Assembly: GCF_018977255.1 (NCBI RefSeq)
Contig: NW_024704743.1
Span: forward strand, 23,624,001 to 23,688,000
Reading direction: 5' to 3'
From: Callorhinchus milii
Taxonomy: Eukaryota
Length of the DNA: 64,000 bases
In this document: in pieces, positions 50,770-63,322 of the stretch
Layout: every line of letters starts with the position of its first letter
Numbering within the stretch: position 1 is the first letter of the stretch
Position numbers and translations under genes: made by a program
Notes under the pieces: generated by a model
What the model saw: only the letters and a program-made list of their open reading frames with translations
Databases searched by the model: none
What the model was told of the DNA's origin: nothing

Positions 50770-51030
50770 TCCATTCTACTTCCCCACTTTTATTCTTCTC
50801 TATTCCCATCTCCTATACCTTCTACTCCATTCTCCTATACCCTTTATTCACTTCTCCCTCATGTATGCATCAACCTTTCTTTTAAATACATTGATCCTTT
50901 TTGCTTCAATCACCACTTCATGTGAATGTGAGAATGTGAGTTCTACATTCTCACTATCCTCTGCGAAATGAAGTTTCTCCCAAATGCCCTATAGATCTGC
51001 TACTGTCCATCGTACTTTTACATTGACCAT
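50770..51030 (-). mobile_element. CR1 3' fragment
   Basis: Reverse: GRNFISQRIVRM; 3' UTR-like. Confidence 0.65.
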
Positions 51031-51054
51031 CTAGTGACTATTTTCCTTTTGGGG

Positions 51055-51218
51055 GAGTGGAGTGGGGCGGTAAGCAGAGTCTCGTTGGAGCTGAACTGGC
51101 TCCAGGGTGACGGGTTTGGCAACAGAATGTCAGAATCAAGCCATCCCTCTGTGGTGGTCTCAGTAGACCAGTTCCTGAGTCAGGCGGGTCCTCAGTACTC
51201 CAGGGCACCTGACTGCCA
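51055..51218 (+). mobile_element. RTE-like 5' end fragment
   Basis: GGAGCTGAACTGGCTCCAGGGTGACGGGTTTGGCAAC..CAGTACTCCAGGGCAC. Confidence 0.65.
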
Positions 51219-52009
51219 AATTTTTTTTTACCTTGAACACTTATCAATGTGTTACTCAAAAGTGTCGTAAAGTGTGTACAAATGTGTAAGCAATGTGTAC
51301 ACACAAAGGGGATAAATTCATTTAACTTTACAATATGATCTATTTAGGTTGTTGTATTTAGGTTGGGATGAGCATATTTTTTTTAGAATGACTCCACTGC
51401 TCATGGTCAAGCATACACATATGTGTTCAGAGGTGTACTATATATAACATGGTTAAATTATATTCCAGTTCATTTCTGCACAATATGCCAACCCTTAGAG
51501 CAATGTCTTATTCCAGCTACGGTAATGAAAGTGATTGCATTCTCGTTCTGTTTGACATTTCAGAATTGCAGAACATGGTAAACTGGCAATAGCTATGCCT
51601 TATACAGATCTTTTTGACCTTTATCCAGGACTGTTTTCTAAGGCTAAATCTCAGGCCAGTGCTTTCAATCACTATCGCAGTTAGTTGATGCTAATACTAG
51701 TTTTAGGTTTTGATTTGTATTGTTATTTTGCTTGAGAAACATTCAGTAAATCCTCACAACCTCTCCACTTCCTCAGGGATCGTACCACAAAGTATCTGAG
51801 ACATTGCTATGCGCAATTGTGCTGCAGGGTGACGGGTTTGGCAAATGCGGCAGCAATTGTGCTGCCGCATTTGCCTACAAATACACAGTCACTCCATTTC
51901 ACAGTAAATCATGTGAAGTGCTTTGAGATGTCCTTCCAACGTGATAAAGTGCTGTATCAAATGTCAGGATTATTATTTTTGTTATTGCTTATAATTTCTC
52001 ATGGACTGG

Positions 52010-52330
52010 ATTCCATTCCTAGCTGTGATGAAATAGGTCTCTTCCCATTGAAGAAAAGATCAAGAGGGGATATGATCCAGATCTTCAAACTGCTGAGAGG
52101 TATAGATGGCCTAGATGTGAATAGTCTACAGAATTTAACTTGCACTAGAACTGCAGGACACAAATACAAAATTAATAAGTAACAAGCAAGAATAAATGAT
52201 GTGTTTTTATCAAACAGAGCATTGAAAATGTGAAACAAAATCCCAGCAAATGTTGTGTAGATGAACATCTGCAAAAGGGAATTCAAAGACATTCTGGTAG
52301 GAAATGTGTTTAAAGTTTATAGGATAAGTA
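52010..52330 (+). mobile_element. CR1 fragment
   Basis: GLFPLKKRSRGDMIQIFKLLRGID..TAGHKYKI. Confidence 0.8.
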
Positions 52331-52519
52331 CAGAACGATCCCATTATGAGGTCCTCTCCAGATTGTAAATTTGCTTATAATGAACGTGTCCTGCAGTACA
52401 CTTCTGCTCCAGACTTAATGTGCGTGTACACAAGATGCCACTGCTGCTTTTCGAGCATTCCTAGAATGCCCCAGGAGGTATTTGTGGAGGGAGTGGTTTG
52501 AATGTTTAGCATTGAAGCC

Positions 52520-52990
52520 ACTTCCTCCACAAATGTCCTTCTCACCAGCCCTCCCAGCTTTACCATTCCAAATTCTAGCTCATTCCAAAACTCCGCCGCC
52601 TGCACCATACTCTGCACAACACTTTGTCCTCCCATCAATCCCTGTCTCTCCATGGCTCCACTTCCAGATCCTCACCTACAAATCAATTCACGCCGTCACA
52701 CCTTCATACTTCTGTTATCTTCTGCTCCCTGCCCAAGCATGCTCCACATCTCTCTCTCCTGGGCCCTCTGCTCTTCTTTTGGCAACCAAACCACTGTACC
52801 CCACCCCATCTCACCCTCTAGAACCCCCCCTCTCAACCCCGCTGCCTCACCACCTCTCAAAATAAATACAATCTACCTTTTCAACCATACCTACTGTCAC
52901 CTCTCTTCCCCCCCACCCCGGCTCGGCACCATCATTAAAGGTACGAGACGCCATCTATGTGATGGGAGCTACATCAATGTAAGCTTTTAA
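52520..52990 (+). mobile_element. Old L2 3' portion
   Basis: FQNSAA..PWLH-FQILTYKSIH. Confidence 0.7.
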
Positions 52991-54234
52991 TGATTGGATT
53001 GTTTTGCCTTCATTATTCACTTAATGTACTGAATTTGTTTTATTTTCTGGGAGAACGATTCCCCCAAAAAGGAAATGAAGTGGTCTGATTCTCAGGGGGA
53101 GTGGGGAGGGGGTTGGGGGTTGGTTGTGGGGGAGGGGAAAGGAAGGAAGTGCATCCTCTGGACAAATGTCGTAAGCCATGCAGAAGTACACTTCTAAGTG
53201 GTGAATTGACTGGCAGACTACGGCCCACACAGTAACAATAGACTGAGCAATTATCTTCCACATCAGCAAATTGTGTGGCATCAAGCTGTGCAATACAAGT
53301 GGTGCAATAAGTAGGACATTCTTGTGCTGCTGCACTGCGTTTACTGATAGGCAGGCTGAGTGCTGAAACCACCGCTCAGGAAACAATGGGAATCGTGGGA
53401 AACCTGGAACGAGATGCTTGGGTCCAGTTTGTGGGTTGAGTTAACAAGCTATGAGCAGAATGTGCGGGTTTGGTTAACCACATGTAACTAATGTTTCTGT
53501 CCAGATGATAGCATTGGCATCTGTGTTCATTTGCATATTGACTAACTCGTCCTACAGATTTTACACATGGGTTGTTAATCCAACCTGCAAATTCAACACT
53601 TGTATGGCTCAATCACTGGTCTCTGATGTGATCTGATCTCAACTAATCTCAGCCGGGTGGCAACACTCAGGAAAAGCTTCTGGAGTTTCTCTTTGTTTCC
53701 CCCCACCAAATGTTCTCTCCCGTCTCTCTCAAAACATTTGAGCTCCTTTACTTGTAACCAAGGTACAGTTCACAGGAACCTCTAGTGTCTCACAAGCACC
53801 CATTATAAACATGAACCTTGACACTGTGTGTTGATGAGCTCTTTAACCGCAGAGGGCATCAAAATCAAACCTGATCCTCTTTCCATCTGACAACACAAAC
53901 CCATCTTCCATCCATGCTCTGTGGAGTGTGGAGTGGGAACCCCAGTTGACCCAGAGAACCGTGGTAAATTGTGTGATTCCCTGGCCATGATCAGCTAACT
54001 CAGCACAGGCCTGAGAAACAAACCTGGGAACGTCCAAACCAGAGAGGTTCAATTAATCACTGAAACAATTTGTAGTTTGAGTTTCAATCCGTCCAGTGTT
54101 TGCCCTGTTTCTCAGTGCAGTCTCTGAGGTGACAGAATGGAAATCAACTACTTGGCAAGTGCATCCTTGTTCCTCCATCGAAGCAGCAACTTGTATTTCA
54201 CACTGGCAGCTGCTTCAGAAAAACTGATCGCAGG

Positions 54235-54895
54235 AGAGTTTTGGATGACGAAGGCCCTTCGGCCCATTTGGTTTAGTCTTTCCAGAGTAGCCCTTCCCCT
54301 CCCACGCTACCATTCAATTCCCTCCCACTACATCTCATCTTCCCCTCCAACCATTCAATTCCCCCATCACCACCATCCCATTCCCCCCATTACTGCTTCG
54401 ACCTATTTTTAAACAATTCCCAGTGTGTTGACCTCAAACACCATTCCTGGTCACACTGCTCTACACTTTATTTATGATTAACCAATTGGTGTAAATATCC
54501 TGCCTTCGGCAGGGGGTGTTTTAAGAAAAAAATTAATCCTTGCATTGTTATAGCACCTTTCACATCAGAAGGATCACAAAATCACAAGATTGATTTGGAT
54601 GAAGAAGGCCCTTTGGCCCACGAATCTCTTCTAGAACCCCACCCTACCATCCCCCCATTACTGTATCAAGATGCTTTTGGATGAATCCAGCATCCGAGCC
54701 ACAATCAACCACCTTTGCAAGCAACTTGTTTCAGTCGTTAACTACCCTTTGCATAAATAAAACCTTTCTGGTATCTGTCCTGAAATTACACTTTTCAACT
54801 CTAAACCTATGACGTCTTATTCCCACTGTCTTGACACATCCTATGTATCGATCTGGATTTAGTTTTTCAATTGCATTTAAAATTTTATACACCTC
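54235..54895 (-). mobile_element. Two CR1 3'-end fragments
   Basis: Duplicated TTGGATGA(C/A)GAAGGCCCTT(C/T)GGCCCA..CCCCCCATTACTG (54241 and 54596), followed by an RT tail. Confidence 0.65.
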
Positions 54896-57829
54896 ACCTC
54901 AAGGAACAAGCAGACCTGCTGAGACTGAATCACTGAGCAATCTATTGTGTTTAATAGGGAGTTGAGAAGGACACCTCTATTGTTAGGTTTAGTGGTGACT
55001 GTGAAAATTGCTGAAAAATGTCTGTCAGTGGGAGCTTAAGAAACTTCCAACAGAAGCAGAAAACAGCAACAGGGAATTGCAGAACTCTGAATAGATGCAG
55101 CACTTACAACGGGTGTGAATGTCCACTTCATAACAGGTAACAATCAGCAATAGAAGAAACATTTCTGGAAATGTTCATTTTCTAAAAACTTCAAAATATG
55201 TATTCTCTGCACCCACGACACATTCCTTACCTAGCTTATACCTAGTGTGCTCAATTTGCTGGGGGCATCTGGTTTCTTTTAATTGTCATTGCAAGCAGAA
55301 TTCCCATCGGATAAAGGCTCCATATTTGTTGGTGTCCAGGTAACAAACCACTACTGCAGGAGAACTCCCAGCTAATAGGGGTCTGTTGGAAGCCAGGGAA
55401 GCAGCTCTTTGCAATGACACAAAATGTGCAGTTACAATGGCACTTCTTAATAATAATAATAATCCTTACCATTTAAAGAAAGGACAGTAAAGCAGCAGCT
55501 TGGTGTGGGCTTTGACGATTCCAGCGTGAATTAGGTCACCGAGTGAAAAATACAGGTTCTGTCTCATCGTTCCCAGGCTTGTTCCTACCATCAGGGCAGG
55601 TAGGTGGCTCATGTTAGGTACCTTTACCATAGGGCTAAAGAGAAACGGTACCATGGGGAGGAGGGACAAATGCCTCTCAGTCTGTCTTTGTGCAGGTGGA
55701 TGTAGAATGTCAGTGGCACAGCTTTAGAGTCAAGTCGATGAGTATCTGGTATTTGTGGTCCTGGTCCTCTGGCCAACAATCCAAAAGGGAATTAATCATT
55801 CACCTCCTGATTCTTTGTGGAACATTGCTGTGTACAAATTGGCTACTGGTTGTCCTACAAATCACAATCATTACACTTGTGAAGTGCTTTGAGAAATTCT
55901 TGATGTGTTAAAACAATAAGCAAATGCAATTTTTTTAAAATTTGTCTTCAACCCAGTGTGCTAGTTAAGGTATTAGGGAGTCTTGATGATTTTCAATCTG
56001 TGCACTTGATATGCTCAGCATGTCTGCTTCTGTGCAGAATCTGTATTGTCAATCTATGACTTCACAAGGGGAGCAGAGATTGAAAGCGAAGCTTTTCTGA
56101 AACTACCTTCAGGTCTGACAACTGGGTTTGTTGTTAGGCAGGAAACATGTCCATTCACTTGCAAATGCCTGACTCCTTCTTGAGTGGAGCCAGGGACAGG
56201 CAGGACAGGCTACAGAGCAGGATGGTGATCAATACAGGCAGTGAAGTATGGAGAGACCAATCTCCATTGACCACCAGAGAGATCACACATTGCACCTTTA
56301 GTTTGCTATGGTCTCTCCAGCAGTGACTCGGGGAGCCTACGTTTTACCAGCATTGAGCATATAAAGGCATAACAACTTATTTATTAATGTTTGTGTGTAA
56401 CGCTTGCTTCTGTATGCTTAATGTTATTTATATGGGGAACAGAGCATGAATCTGTGAGCAGCTTCCATCAGAAAGAGCCACTTCCACGCATTCCTGAAAA
56501 TGAATGAGCCTGTACAGTGGTGCACAGATGCACACACGACCATGGCACAATGAATCAACGACAATATTCATTTGCACTTACAGAGCTTTAGGGCCAAGCC
56601 AATGAGAAGGGATCTGCTATTTGCTGCAAAGCTCCTTTCATGTAGGAGAATGTCTCAAAGTGTTTTCCAAAGATGAAGTGGGAACCCAAGCAGAGAGGAA
56701 TAGTAGGAGGACTGAGGAGAGAGATTTTTTTAAGATGGGTTCTGAAAGCAGAGAGGGAGGGAACAAGGTGGATCTAGGGATTTCACACAAGTGTTCCAGA
56801 GATCAGGAGCAAAGTTACTGAAAGCTCATCTGCCTTTGCTTGATCAATCAAACGCCACACAGAATTAAGTTACAAATAGAGCTCCAGGACTTAACATAAC
56901 AGTAGGAGTTTCTGTGTGATTGCAGTGAGTCAGTGAATCAGTTCGATTCATATTCTTGCCCCTCCCTACGTATGTAATTACCTCTCTGTTTGGTGCTCCC
57001 TAAGACCTCTGTGAAGCCCTTCAAGACTTTTATCTTGCATGAATGAGGCTATATAGGTGCATGTTGTTAAGAGTTGAGGCTCATGTCAAACATTCTGATA
57101 GACATAATGCCTATGGCTGGTAATATGTTTTAACCGCAACTGCTACCTTTTAGGGCTGCAGCAATAATTTAATAAACAAGAGTGAACATCAGAGCAGTGA
57201 ATAACTAAGACTTTCCTCCCTGAGGTATGCAGAATAAAGGAAGTCATGGAAACCAAGCCTTTTTGCCAATGTTATTTTGCATGTAGAATATTGCTGTAAT
57301 TCATGACATGAGAATGGGCATTATTTTCATCACACTGTGGACCAAATGACACACAAGCACAAAACCACACCAATCACATGTACAGATGGGATGTCAAGGA
57401 ATGGATGGCACCAGTGCATAGCATTCTGTTACAGAAATAAATTGCAAGCCGCGTTGGGATTGAAGGGTTCTTTCCCTCTTGTAGAATAAATCTCATATGT
57501 AACTAATGTCAGTGGGTTGCACTCACTTGCTTTTCTGCTGTTGTATCTCACTTCTGACAGAAAAGTGGTCACTTGCTGTCACTCGCTGTCACCAGAAATA
57601 TATGTGTTGTGTATTTAAACTCATTGCAGTCAGTTGACCTTTCGTTAAGCCACATGTTCTTTTTTTTCCTTTGATTTTGTTCTTCTAAGTTCTTCTTGTG
57701 CTTGGATTTTTTTTAAGAAACTACCTAATTTTTAGGGGAAAAATAAAGGCAGGGGAGATGCAATATGTTGAGTCAGATATTGTTTTAATTAAATTATAGT
57801 GTATTGATTTAGAAAAATAGCACACAAGA

Positions 57830-58945
57830 GCATCATATAGGGACATGTTGGATCGTGGTAGCAAAAAGGATTAAGGAATGATTAGGAAACCTGAAGCAAA
57901 GGGTAGGAGTTAAAGGCTTTTTCTCAGGTATGGTGTTTTGCAGGGATCTGGGTTAGGACCATTATTTTCACCATATACGTAAATGATTTGCTTTCAGATA
58001 TAAGAGGTGTAGTGTCAAAATTTGCAGATTACGCTAAAATGGGGGGCATGACAAACAGTGAAGGGGATTGTAGAAGAATGGAGGAAGACATAAACAGTCT
58101 AGCAGATAGGAAGACAGATGGCAAATTAAATTTAATGAAGGAAAATCCGAAGTAATTAACTTCAGCAGGAAAAATAATGGAGCCATCTAGATGGTAGGAA
58201 CCTGTAGAGGAGCAAAGTGATTTGGGGATTCAGATCCACAAATCTCTAAAAGTAACAACACGGGTAGATAAGGCTATATAAAGAGAGAGGTCAATAGGGC
58301 CTTGGGCTTAGAGGGATAGATTACAAAAGTGAGGAGGATATGTTGAATTTATACAAAGCCTTGGTTAGTCCACATTTGGAGTATTGTGTCCAATTCTGCT
58401 CTCCACAGTAGAAGAAGGATATAACAGTGATGAGAAGACTGCAGTGCAGGTTTACAAGGATGATACCACACTGGCAGGTTACTGCTATCAGGATAGTTTG
58501 GATAGATTAAGGGGATTACTTTAGATAAAGGGATTACTTTAGAGAGGGGTTTACTAGTAGTTAGCAGTTAAGGGGTTAATTTGTAGTAGGGTTTAAAATT
58601 ATTAAAGGGTTTGATAAGGTTAACATAAATAGGTTGTTTCAACTGATTGGGTTGTCCGTAACCAGGGGACACAAATAAAAGTTAGCGACCAGGGGATCTG
58701 AAAGAAAATGTAGAAGGAGCTACTTCACACAGAGGGTAGTGAAACTGTGGAACTCTGCCTGAAGTGATGGTTGACTCAGATAGTATAAATTCATTCAAGA
58801 GGATCTAAACCTTAACATGAGGGAGAGGGGAAATAGAAAGGTATTGGGAGGGAGTAAGGAATGGGTGAAGACTCATGTGAAGTGTAAATACCAGCATGGA
58901 CTGGTTGGGCTGAGTAGCTTGTTTTCATGCTGTACATTCCTTAGT
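57830..58945 (+). mobile_element. CR1 LINE RT and 3' end (degenerate)
   Basis: GVLQGSGLGP, SKFADY (FADD), LYKALVSPHLEYCVQF, RRSYFTQRVVKLWNS and 3' UTR. Confidence 0.93.
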
Positions 58946-60910
58946 TCACTGTCAGAAGTCGATGTCCTAATTCACAGAAGAAATATTTAATATTTAAAAT
59001 TTCACCTACAAAATATACAGTCACTGCACTTTACAGTATATCCTGGGAAGTGCTTTGAGACTTTGCCCAATGCGAAAGGCGTTATATCAAATGTAAGGAT
59101 TATTATTTTTTTACCATTTGGTATTATGGTAATGAAACAAGATTCCATGCAATCTTTTACAGTGCCAAGCAATAATCCCGCAATGAGGAATATCGCACAA
59201 AGAGCATCTGTGTTTTGCTTTGGAAAATACACAAGCCACCAAGAGGGCAAAGCATTTTAACACTCAGACAGGTTTTGAAGCGATGGCATTTGCAAGCAGT
59301 GCTGCTTTACTGTATTAGAAATATGAAGAGGTAGTGAAGCATTACATTATTCTGTGATTCAACATTGTAGCACTGGTCTAATTGGTAAGGAGAGCTATCA
59401 TGTGAGGCTGCCACGCACCAGTGTCCATCTTAACATCTGCTGTTAGAACACTAGTATATTGCAGAATTGTGTTTTTTTTAAAAAAACAATCCAAATGACA
59501 TGCCCATTATTTCCGCTAAGCTTAGGCAATGTGTAAAGTATCTCAGGCCGATGTCTGTAGGGTACCGTTACCCAGACAGTATTCCATCAATGAGCCCACG
59601 GAAATGGAATGCTTGACAAAGTATCAGAAACCTGTGGGTCCACCTCTCCCATGTTGATCAAGGGATTCAAATGTAAAAACGTAATGTGCTTGTATAATAA
59701 TAATAATATTAATTGGGATGATGTCCGAAATCACTTCACAGGATTTACCGTAAAGTGTAGTGACAGTGTATTTTGCTTCAGATTGCGGCTTTCCTCTTGT
59801 CCTTCCTGGACATCAGTAACAATTTTATGTCTGCAGCTTTATTCTTGCAAACTGCTCTTCAATTTTTTGTGTGTGTGGTCCTACTGCAACAATCATCATC
59901 TTGTAGCTGCTGTAGGGATTTGAAATGATGCCTTGTGACTATCTATTATTTTCTTGACAAAACTGTATGACTGAAAAGATTATCACATTGGAGCAGCTGA
60001 AAACATTGCTTAAAAACTATGTTAAATTGACTTTGAAAAAGTCAATTCCCAGTACATGTTTTTCGAAATTTTATTATTTCTTTTCCTCCCCCCTCCTAAT
60101 GATATTATAATACGAGCTTGGCTCCATATTGAGAATTTCTTTCTCAAGCCATGTCTTTGCAAGGGGACAGAATTGAGATTGTGCTCTTTGAACCTAGAGA
60201 TGCCAGGATACCATGAGAACCATTTTAGAACTAAAGGAAAAGACTTGATTCTTTTAGACTTGTGCAAAGACATTCAGCAATCAGTGACCAAAGAAAACCC
60301 AAAAAAGAAGAGGCAGAGAGAAGCAGCAACGGACTGAAAGAATGATTCTGGTCTGAACAAGAGGTGAGCGATACAGGACTTGAGTGACATACTGACAGGG
60401 ATATACTGTATTGAGTAAAATTGGCCTGGTTTGTCTTTGCTGGTAGAAATGAAAAGAAAATTCACAATACTGTATGTATGTCCTGGAATATAGTAAAAGT
60501 AATAATCCTTGGATTTGATATAATGCTTTATCATCTGTAACTATGATTGGAAGTAAATATGACAATTTGCATATAGCAGTCAGGCAGTCAGAACCTCTGT
60601 TTAATGTTAGCACCTCAGACACTCCCCCAGCAACATAAAGGCGTTAGTCTGGACGTTGGGCTCAAAGTTGGGCTTGAAGCCATAGCCTTCTCTATATCCA
60701 GTCTTTCAGACTATTGTAGGTACATTGTAGGAAAAATCCCCCTTAAATTCAGGTTGCGCTATTATCTCAGTATACACTTCTTGCTAATAATCTTATATTA
60801 TCACTCCAAACTGTTCCCACCAATACCTCATCTGACTTTTATATCGCTCAAAAATAAAAATACTCTCTCTACATACAACTCAGGTTGGGAATGAGTAAAA
60901 CTATATTTCT

Positions 60911-61751
60911 ATTATGGGTGTTTTTACAATTCAGTTGGTCAGGTATGAAAGTTTCACACGCTAACTACAGTAATATGCTTTCGTAAAATCCTAGTGACAT
61001 TCTTATCCACGTAGCATCATGTGCCAGTCTCTCACAAATGTGAAGTATTTGTGAGTACAAAAGGTTCATCAAGGACTCTACTTCCTATAGCTGATGTGTC
61101 TGTCTCATCCGTTCAGGATAACAATGTTTTAACACCTCCTCCTGCGGCTAGATCCCTAAAGTTTTCAAATGTCAATTTAAATACAATTGAGTCCTGTCAA
61201 GAATCCTTATCATTAGGTGCAAGACTGTTTCACATCCCGCATTTTTGTCCAAGTTTCCGAACATTTCTGAACCCAATACACAGTTGACATTCAGGTCCCC
61301 AAGGGGGATAATTGTGTGATATTGGCAAAGATGAGTGGGAAGTGCGATTTTGAGTATACCTCACTTAAATTTGGAGTGGAGATTTCAGAAAAGCCCCAGA
61401 GTACCAAAATCTACCTTCCAATAGAGGGATTTTGCCAGGTAATGAACACCTCATTTGACACAAATACAGCTCAAATCATTATCAAGGATTGTGTTAGATT
61501 CTGCAAAAGACACCGACTTGAAAAGGCGAACAGAATACAAGGGTAGAAGGTGCAATTCTAGTTCATAAAAGATGTGGTCTGTTTATGGGAATGTGTGCGT
61601 ATGTGTGCATATCTTAATCTTTGAAACGTTCCTGACAACCTTCTGAATTGTAACAAATAGATTACTGTGTGTTTTTCAGAATTCAAATGGGTCGGTATGA
61701 AAATTTCAAATGCTGTCTAATATGCTTTAGTGAAATCCTAGTGACATGCTT
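60911..61751 (+). repeat. ~90-bp direct repeat (60911-61004 and 61661-61751)
   Basis: Shared GTGTTTTT..AATTCA..GGTATGAAA.TTTCA..TAATATGCTTT.GT.AAATCCTAGTGACAT.CTT. Confidence 0.8.
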
Positions 61752-62234
61752 TTTCAACTGCAGGACTGTTACATGTGACAATCCAAGAACAGTGACCTGT
61801 TTACAGAATGAGTGTTTGCCTGAAATGAGTCGTTGGCCTGAGTATCATGTTATATCACGTTTAAAGGTTATGGTTTACCGCAGGGCAAAAGATGATCTTG
61901 CCGTCTTTATTGTGGATGCGTCAAAGAATGCAATTTTGATTTGCCTGAAGCCAGTTTAAAGCCTGTTAGGAGCTTGATGGCAAGTGCTTGAGTTCTTTGT
62001 AGTCAGTTTTGTGTTGTTTTGCGCAGCTTAGGTGATAGCTGGACACTGTCAGCATTGGTACATTTATTTTCTTGCTGTACCTGTCTTGTGCTACTGGGTT
62101 TAGAACAGGCAGGAGCAGTGCAATATAATGTTTCTCCAATCCCTCATTTACCTGTCTGCTTTAGTTGACACTCAATGTTGCAGCAGCATTTTAATCAGCT
62201 TTTGTAAGTACGTACTGTCATCAGTGACTAAGCC

Positions 62235-62574
62235 TTTAGCACAGTTGATAGTATTTTTGCCTCTGTATTGAAAGGTTGTGAGTTCATACCCCACATTAGG
62301 ACTTGAGTTCATAATCTAGGTTGATACACAAGATGAGGGACTGCAACACTGTTGGAAGTGTCACACTTCAGATGAGACTTTAAATTGAAGTCCTGTTTTA
62401 CATTCAGGTAGATGACAAAGACTTCACGTCGCTTATTCATAAAAAGAAAGGACATTTCTTCCAGTGTTCTCTCGATTATCATCCAGATTAAGGTGGATGC
62501 TCATTTATTTATGGCTGTTTAAGCACAAAATGGCTGTTGTATTTCCTACAAAGAACAGTGATTACACCTGCCAC
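62235..62574 (+). mobile_element. Deu-domain SINE interrupted at its 3' end by L2
   Basis: tRNA-like head (AAGGTTGTGAGTTCATACCCC), TTCAGATGAGACTTTAAA, AAAATGGCTG. Confidence 0.75.
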
Positions 62575-63287
62575 CAACAACAACAGCAACAACAAAATTG
62601 CATTTGTATAGTGCTTTTCACATCGGGAGGACGTCCCGAGGCACTGGACAAACAGAGTTTCGGACCCAAGCTCGGGGTCAGGGTCGGGGAGGGTGGAGGG
62701 CAGGGGGGGAAGCAGGGAGATCGAAAGTACAGTCGAAGAGGAGGGTCTTGAAATGGATCTTGAAGGTGGCAACAGAGGGGACGAGGGGGAGGGACTGCAG
62801 GATGGAGTTCCAGAGGGTGGCGGTAGAGTGGCAGAAGGCCCGCCCGCCAATAGTGGGCCAATAGCGAGGTGGGAGACGTGAAGCAGGCTGGAGCCCGCTG
62901 AGCAGAGGGAGCGGGCAGGATGGTAGGGGGTTAGGAGGTCGAAGAGGTAGGGGTGGTGCAAGACCATGGAGGGCTTTGAAGGTGAGGACCAGGATCTTGA
63001 ACTCTATCCTCTGTGAGATGGGAAACCAATGGAGTTGCACGAGGATGGGGGTCGTAGGGTCACAGAGCCTAGTATGGGAGAGGACATGGGCTGCAGAGTT
63101 CTGGATAATCTGCAGCCTGTGGGGGGAGGAGTTGTGGAGACCGACAAGCAATGAGTTTGCATAGTCAAGCCTCGATGTAATGAAAGCATGTATGAGAGTT
63201 TCAGTGGCCAGCGGTGTGAGACAGTGGCGGAGCCAGGCGATATTGTGGCGGTGGGGGAAGGCAGAGCGGGTCATGGCGCAGATGTGG
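62575..63287 (-). mobile_element. L2 3' portion
   Basis: ORF 62678-63274: LIHAFITSRLDYANSLL..LQIIQNSAAH..LHWFPISQRIEFK; (CAA)n tail. Confidence 0.95.
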
Positions 63288-63322
63288 GTAGAAAAACACT
63301 GTAAAGAGACTGCTGGTGTGTT

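Noticed and set aside
53021..53386. Cys-rich overlapping minus-strand ORFs
   Set aside because: No recognisable domain spacing or clear donor site; the C-terminal part is low-complexity sequence.
56249..56318. pre-miRNA-like hairpin (GGAGAGACCA..TGGTCTCTCC)
   Set aside because: Only a ~10-bp stem with an unpaired interior; a similar motif at about 28370 suggests a decayed repeat.
60056..60362. Coding exon with a basic NLS-like stretch
   Set aside because: All three frames hit a stop before the GAG|GTGAGC donor; at most a non-coding exon.
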